64,000 bases of DNA, taken from an uncultured Gammaproteobacteria bacterium. GTDB lineage: Bacteria > Patescibacteriota > Patescibacteriia > UBA11705 > JABHMO01. Positions 59,922-64,000 of the stretch are shown one piece after another; positions within the stretch are counted from its first letter, which is position 1; each line of letters opens with the position of its first letter. The stretch spans positions 18,574 through 82,573 of the forward strand of contig CAYSUN010000001.1 of the NCBI GenBank assembly GCA_964434235.1. The letters are read 5' to 3'. The notes beneath the pieces were generated by a model, which was given only the letters and a program-made list of their open reading frames with translations, did no database searches and was not told the DNA's origin. The position numbers and the translations under genes are program-made.

Positions 59922-61340
59922 ATGAAATTAAATACTCTTACAATAAAAGAAGCTCATGCTGGTTTGAGCCAAAAACAATTTTCTTCGTCAGAATTGACTA
60001 AGTCTTGTTTTGATGCAATTAGAGAAAATGATGATAGTTTGAATGCTTTTATTACAATTACAGAAGATCTTGCGTGTATTCAAGCAGAAAAAGTTGATAA
60101 GAAAATTAAAAAAGGTGAAAAGATTAGTGTCCTAGAAGGTATTCCTACTGCTATTAAAGATAATATTTTAGTTGAAGGTATCAAGGCAACTGGTGGTTCA
60201 AAAATTTTGTCTAATTATATTGCTACTTATGATGCTACAGTTATTAAAAAACTTAAAAAACAAAATTCTGTAATATTGGGAAAAACTAACTTAGATGAAT
60301 TTGCCATGGGCGGTTCAGGTGAAACGTCAAATTTTGGTTCGACCAAAAATCCAATTGATAAAACTCGGGTGCCAGGAGGATCATCTAGTGGTAGCACTGT
60401 AGCTGTAGCTTCCAACGAAGCGATATACGCCTTGGGTTCAGATACTGGCGGTTCAGTTCGCCAACCAGCTGCACTTTGTGGTGTGGTTGGTTTTAAGCCG
60501 ACTTATGGTCGCGTTTCTCGTTTTGGATTGATGGCTATGGCTTCAAGTTTTGATCAAATAGGAACTTTAACAAAAACAGTAGAGGATGCTTCATTTGTAT
60601 ATGAACAAATTGTCGGTTTAGATAAATTGGATGCAACAACGGTAAACAAACCTGTAACTTTAGATTTGAATGGTAATCTAAAAAATTTTAAAATTGGTGT
60701 ACCTCAGGAATATTTTATTAAAGGTATGGATGAAGGAGTAGAAAAAGTTGTCAGAAAAGCAATAACTAAATTAGAAAAAGCTGGCGCACAAATAATTCCA
60801 ATCAGTTTACCAATGACTAAATACGCCTTGGCTACATATTATATTTTAATGCCAGCGGAAGTTTCTTCAAATTTAGCTCGTTACGATGGTGTTCGTTATG
60901 GATATCGAGCGGAAGCTGGCAATTTATTAGAAATGTATTTAGAATCAAGAGCCAAAGGTTTTGGTGATGAGGTGCGTCGAAGAATTATGCTTGGAACTTA
61001 TGTTTTATCTTCTGGGTACTATGATGCTTATTATAAAAAAGCTCAAAAAGTCCGTCGTTTGATTAAACAAGATTTTGATAAAGTTTTTGAAACTGTAGAT
61101 TGTCTCGTTACACCAACTTCCCCAACTACAGCGTTTAAACTTGGTGAAAAATTTAATGATCCATTAACAATGTATTTGGCTGATATTTTTACAGTTTCAG
61201 TTAACGTGGCTGGTTTACCAGCAATTTCAATTCCTTGCGGTTTAAGCAATAAATTACCAGTCGGTCTTCAGTTTATTGGTAAACCATTTGATGAAAAAAC
61301 TCTTCTTCGTTTAGCTCATAATGCAGAGCAAATATTGTAA
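59922..61340 (+). CDS. gatA: Asp/Glu-tRNA amidotransferase subunit A
   Basis: GKTNLDEFAMG, PGGSSSGS, GSDTGGSVRQPA. Confidence 0.96.
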   Translation: MKLNTLTIKEAHAGLSQKQFSSSELTKSCFDAIRENDDSLNAFITITEDLACIQAEKVDKKIKKGEKISVLEGIPTAIKDNILVEGIKATGGSKILSNYIATYDATVIKKLKKQNSVILGKTNLDEFAMGGSGETSNFGSTKNPIDKTRVPGGSSSGSTVAVASNEAIYALGSDTGGSVRQPAALCGVVGFKPTYGRVSRFGLMAMASSFDQIGTLTKTVEDASFVYEQIVGLDKLDATTVNKPVTLDLNGNLKNFKIGVPQEYFIKGMDEGVEKVVRKAITKLEKAGAQIIPISLPMTKYALATYYILMPAEVSSNLARYDGVRYGYRAEAGNLLEMYLESRAKGFGDEVRRRIMLGTYVLSSGYYDAYYKKAQKVRRLIKQDFDKVFETVDCLVTPTSPTTAFKLGEKFNDPLTMYLADIFTVSVNVAGLPAISIPCGLSNKLPVGLQFIGKPFDEKTLLRLAHNAEQIL

Positions 61341-61366
61341 ATGATTTAATAATAAGTTTCACCAAT

Positions 61367-61813
61367 ATGGTGGATGTTACTTGGAATTTTAATGTAATAG
61401 ATTATGCTGTTTTAATCGGTATAGTTGCTATTTTGTTAGTTGCTGGAGTTGCTAAATATTTTTCTATAAAAAATGAATCACTTGATGGTATTGATCGTAA
61501 ATTTTACAAAGAAAGATGGAAAAGTATACAGGATTTGATGTCTTATGGAAAAGAAATGAATTATAAATTAGCAGTAATTGAGGCTGATAAACTTTTGGAT
61601 CAAGCTTTGAAAGATTTACATTTTTCAGGTGAGACAATGGCCGAAAGATTAAAATTAGCTTCTTATAAATTTCCGAATCTTAAAAAAGTTTGGTGGGCAC
61701 ATAAGGTTCGTAATCTTATTGTTCATGATGTGCGTTATCAATTAAAATTTAATGAAGCGAAAAAGGTTGTTTCTTTATTCCACAATTCTTTAACTCTTCT
61801 TAAAATAATATAA
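61367..61813 (+). CDS. membrane-anchored hypothetical protein
   Basis: TM; LAVIEADKLLD..GETMAERLK..AHKVRN. Confidence 0.7.
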   Translation: MVDVTWNFNVIDYAVLIGIVAILLVAGVAKYFSIKNESLDGIDRKFYKERWKSIQDLMSYGKEMNYKLAVIEADKLLDQALKDLHFSGETMAERLKLASYKFPNLKKVWWAHKVRNLIVHDVRYQLKFNEAKKVVSLFHNSLTLLKII

Positions 61814-61814
61814 T

Positions 61815-63020
61815 ATGAAAAAAATTTTAATTATTATTTTCGCAATGTTATTATTGATGCCAAGTTTAAGTCCTGCTTTGGCTAGTACGTCCGATTTATC
61901 GATTGATGTGGGCAATGTTCGTTTTTCAAAAAATACAAATAATTTATTAGTGGGTGATACTGTGCGGGTTTATGCTGCTGTAGCCAATAATGGAGATACT
62001 GACGCGCTTGGCTATATTGCTTTTTATATTAATAATGAAACAACAATGATCGGTAGTGCTGAAGTTTCAGTTTTAGCGGGTGGCTATTATGACGAAGTTT
62101 ATGTTGATTTTACTGTGCCTGATGATGATTTCCGTTTGTTGGTTAGTCTTTTATCTGTTGTGCCAACTGATTCAAATTTGAATAATAATAATATTCTTAC
62201 TCAAAAGTTTAATGTTCAGGGAGATAATGATGGTGACGGAATTGGTGATGATACTGACGCTGATGATGATAATGATTCTTTAACGGATGCTCAAGAAATT
62301 CAAATGGGAACAGATCCATTGCTGAGGGACACAGATGGCGATGGTGTTTTGGATGCGGATGATTTATATCCTTTAGACCCCAATAAATACAAAGATGAAC
62401 CAATTGTAATCTCGCCCGAACCAGAGCCAGAAATAAATCCAGAACCAGTCCCTCAACCTAAACCAGTACAAAAAGCTTACATTCAACCAGTTGTAAAAGT
62501 AGTGGAAAATAGCAATAAAGAACCTGAAAGTACAGAACCAATTTTGGTGGAAGATTTTTATAATTCACCGGCCGTTGAACTTTTGCAAGAAGTGAAAATT
62601 AATGTTAATCAGATAAACTGGAATACTTATAGTTTTAATTTTGATACAAATATAATGGATTTAAATATTGATAGTTTAGAGTATCAATGGATTTTTGGCG
62701 ATGGCACGGATAGTCCTAAAAACACTGAGCATCGCTTTCGTGGGACTGGGCAATATTTTGTAACGTTAAAAGTTAAAGGTCCATTTAATAATTTTATATA
62801 TGACAATGTAACGATTGATGTTGAGTTTTGGTCAGTTTATAATTATTGGTTGTGGATTATTTTATTGGTGTTTATAACTATTGGTTTTTTGTACACTTAT
62901 GAATTTAAACACACAAGTGGTAAACTAAATTCTAAAAATGAACCAAGAAAAGTTGTAGGTAATGATGAATTGAGAAAGCCTAAAAAAAGAAAAATAGAAG
63001 AAGATAAATCAGAAAATTAA
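61815..63020 (+). CDS. surface protein: CARDB + TSP3-like Ca-binding repeats + PKD + C-terminal TM
   Basis: Signal peptide, DNDGDGIGD/DTDGDG repeats, YQWIFGDG. Confidence 0.8.
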   Translation: MKKILIIIFAMLLLMPSLSPALASTSDLSIDVGNVRFSKNTNNLLVGDTVRVYAAVANNGDTDALGYIAFYINNETTMIGSAEVSVLAGGYYDEVYVDFTVPDDDFRLLVSLLSVVPTDSNLNNNNILTQKFNVQGDNDGDGIGDDTDADDDNDSLTDAQEIQMGTDPLLRDTDGDGVLDADDLYPLDPNKYKDEPIVISPEPEPEINPEPVPQPKPVQKAYIQPVVKVVENSNKEPESTEPILVEDFYNSPAVELLQEVKINVNQINWNTYSFNFDTNIMDLNIDSLEYQWIFGDGTDSPKNTEHRFRGTGQYFVTLKVKGPFNNFIYDNVTIDVEFWSVYNYWLWIILLVFITIGFLYTYEFKHTSGKLNSKNEPRKVVGNDELRKPKKRKIEEDKSEN

Positions 63021-63034
63021 AATTAAAAATAAAA

Positions 63035-63553
63035 ATGAAAAAGTATTTTGTAGTTTTTACCTGTTTATTTGTTTTGTTACTTAGCCCAGCTTTGGCTAAG
63101 CAAAGTTATAATTTAACTTTGGGTGAGGCTTATATTAAATATAATCAAATCGGTTGGCAGAATTATGAATTTTATGTAATTACTGATTTGGAAAATAAAG
63201 ATGGCTTAACTTATGAATGGACGTTTGATAATAAATCCTCGTTTTCATCAGAAAAAGTAAGGTATTTTTTTGCCAAAGGCGAACATACTATAAAATTAAA
63301 AGTTGAAGATAACTATGGTAATGTTCGTTACGATACAGTTCGTTTGAATATTCAGTTTTGGTCGTTGAAAAATAATTGGTTTTGGTGGGTGGCGTATTTA
63401 ATAGTTGTGATGTTAATTATCTATTATTGGGCGGCCAAAATAATGTATTTACTTAATCGACCGAAAATAAGTAAAGAAGCAAGATACTTTTTGGACTTAC
63501 TGGATGAACATGGCTGGATTGATGAAATTATAAAACATCACGCAAAAAAATAA
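63035..63553 (+). CDS. PKD-domain membrane protein, paralog of the previous gene's C-terminus
   Basis: NQIGWQNYEF/YEWTF/FWSLKN vs NQINWNTYSF/YQWIF/FWSVYN. Confidence 0.7.
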   Translation: MKKYFVVFTCLFVLLLSPALAKQSYNLTLGEAYIKYNQIGWQNYEFYVITDLENKDGLTYEWTFDNKSSFSSEKVRYFFAKGEHTIKLKVEDNYGNVRYDTVRLNIQFWSLKNNWFWWVAYLIVVMLIIYYWAAKIMYLLNRPKISKEARYFLDLLDEHGWIDEIIKHHAKK

Positions 63554-63555
63554 AT

Positions 63556-63665
63556 AAGTTGAAAGTAAAAAGTTAAAGGTTTATATAGAGAAAAATTATG
63601 TAAAAGTTAAATAGTTCAGATTGTCTTGGTAGTTTAACTTTATAAACTTGTAACTTGTAACTTTT
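63556..63665. repeat. converging heptamer tracts
   Basis: aagttga/aagtaaa/aagttaa, then aacttgt-aacttgt-aactttt. Confidence 0.65.
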
Positions 63666-63674
63666 CCCAACATT

Positions 63675-64000
63675 ATGTACATGATTTTACGTTGGTTGAT
63701 AAACGCTATTGGTTTATTGGCCATTGGTTATTTTATACCGGGGATTGAAGTGGCCAGCCTTTATTACGCCATGATTTTGGTCGTAGTTATCGGCTTGGTT
63801 AATTTTGTTCCAGGAATGATTCTAAAAATTATAACTTTCCCAATCAATATTATTACTTTGGGAATTTCCAATTTGATAATAAATGCTTTTATCTTTTGGT
63901 TTGTGGCCAGTTTTATTCAGGGTTTTGATATTACTGTTTGGTGGGCTGGTTTTCTTGGCGCTGTAATTTATACAATGATAACAACTTTTAGTGGTTGGCT
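63675..64000 (+). CDS. 4-TM phage-holin-like (YvlD-type) membrane protein, partial
   Basis: MILRWLINAIGLL...PINIITLG...IINA. Confidence 0.8.
   Translation, partial: MYMILRWLINAIGLLAIGYFIPGIEVASLYYAMILVVVIGLVNFVPGMILKIITFPINIITLGISNLIINAFIFWFVASFIQGFDITVWWAGFLGAVIYTMITTFSGW

Noticed and set aside
63675-64000. Prophage boundary suggested by the holin-like gene
   Set aside because: This 4-TM family is commonly chromosomal, and no phage genes are nearby
1-64000. Alternative genetic code (TGA=Gly, as in Gracilibacteria)
   Set aside because: Conserved genes are full-length under code 11, and TGA terminates ORFs such as virB4 and the EamA gene

Overview
AT-rich bacterial chromosome segment, most consistent with a Patescibacteria/CPR (Parcubacteria-type) genome. 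TGA is used as a stop (code 11) and most core genes lack Shine-Dalgarno motifs; the taxonomy is inferred from gene content. The window holds housekeeping genes (murG, ftsB-like, prsA-like, ftsEX, recG, radA, pgm, murI, rseP, gap, ligA, gatCA) and three tRNAs (Ser-GCT, Ser-TGA, rare Arg-GCG). It also has a conjugation-like T4SS core (VirB6-like, PrgI, VirB4), a separate operon of VirB2-type pilins fused to different predicted cell-wall hydrolases, and a type IV pilin operon interrupted by a 1394-aa orphan. The most striking non-coding signal is a family of heptamer/octamer repeats and short palindromes. They fill intergenic gaps, flank a four-helix-bundle gene, recur as a near-identical inverted copy about 40 kb apart, nest inside one another, and sit in-frame inside murI and ligA. 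Other oddities are tRNA 3'-end duplications with a shared structured spacer, a radA 3'-end direct repeat around one gene, a GC-richer islet whose genes are joined by a repeated palindrome+SD junction, and an unannotated 45-aa membrane peptide. All calls were made by eye; no database searches were run.
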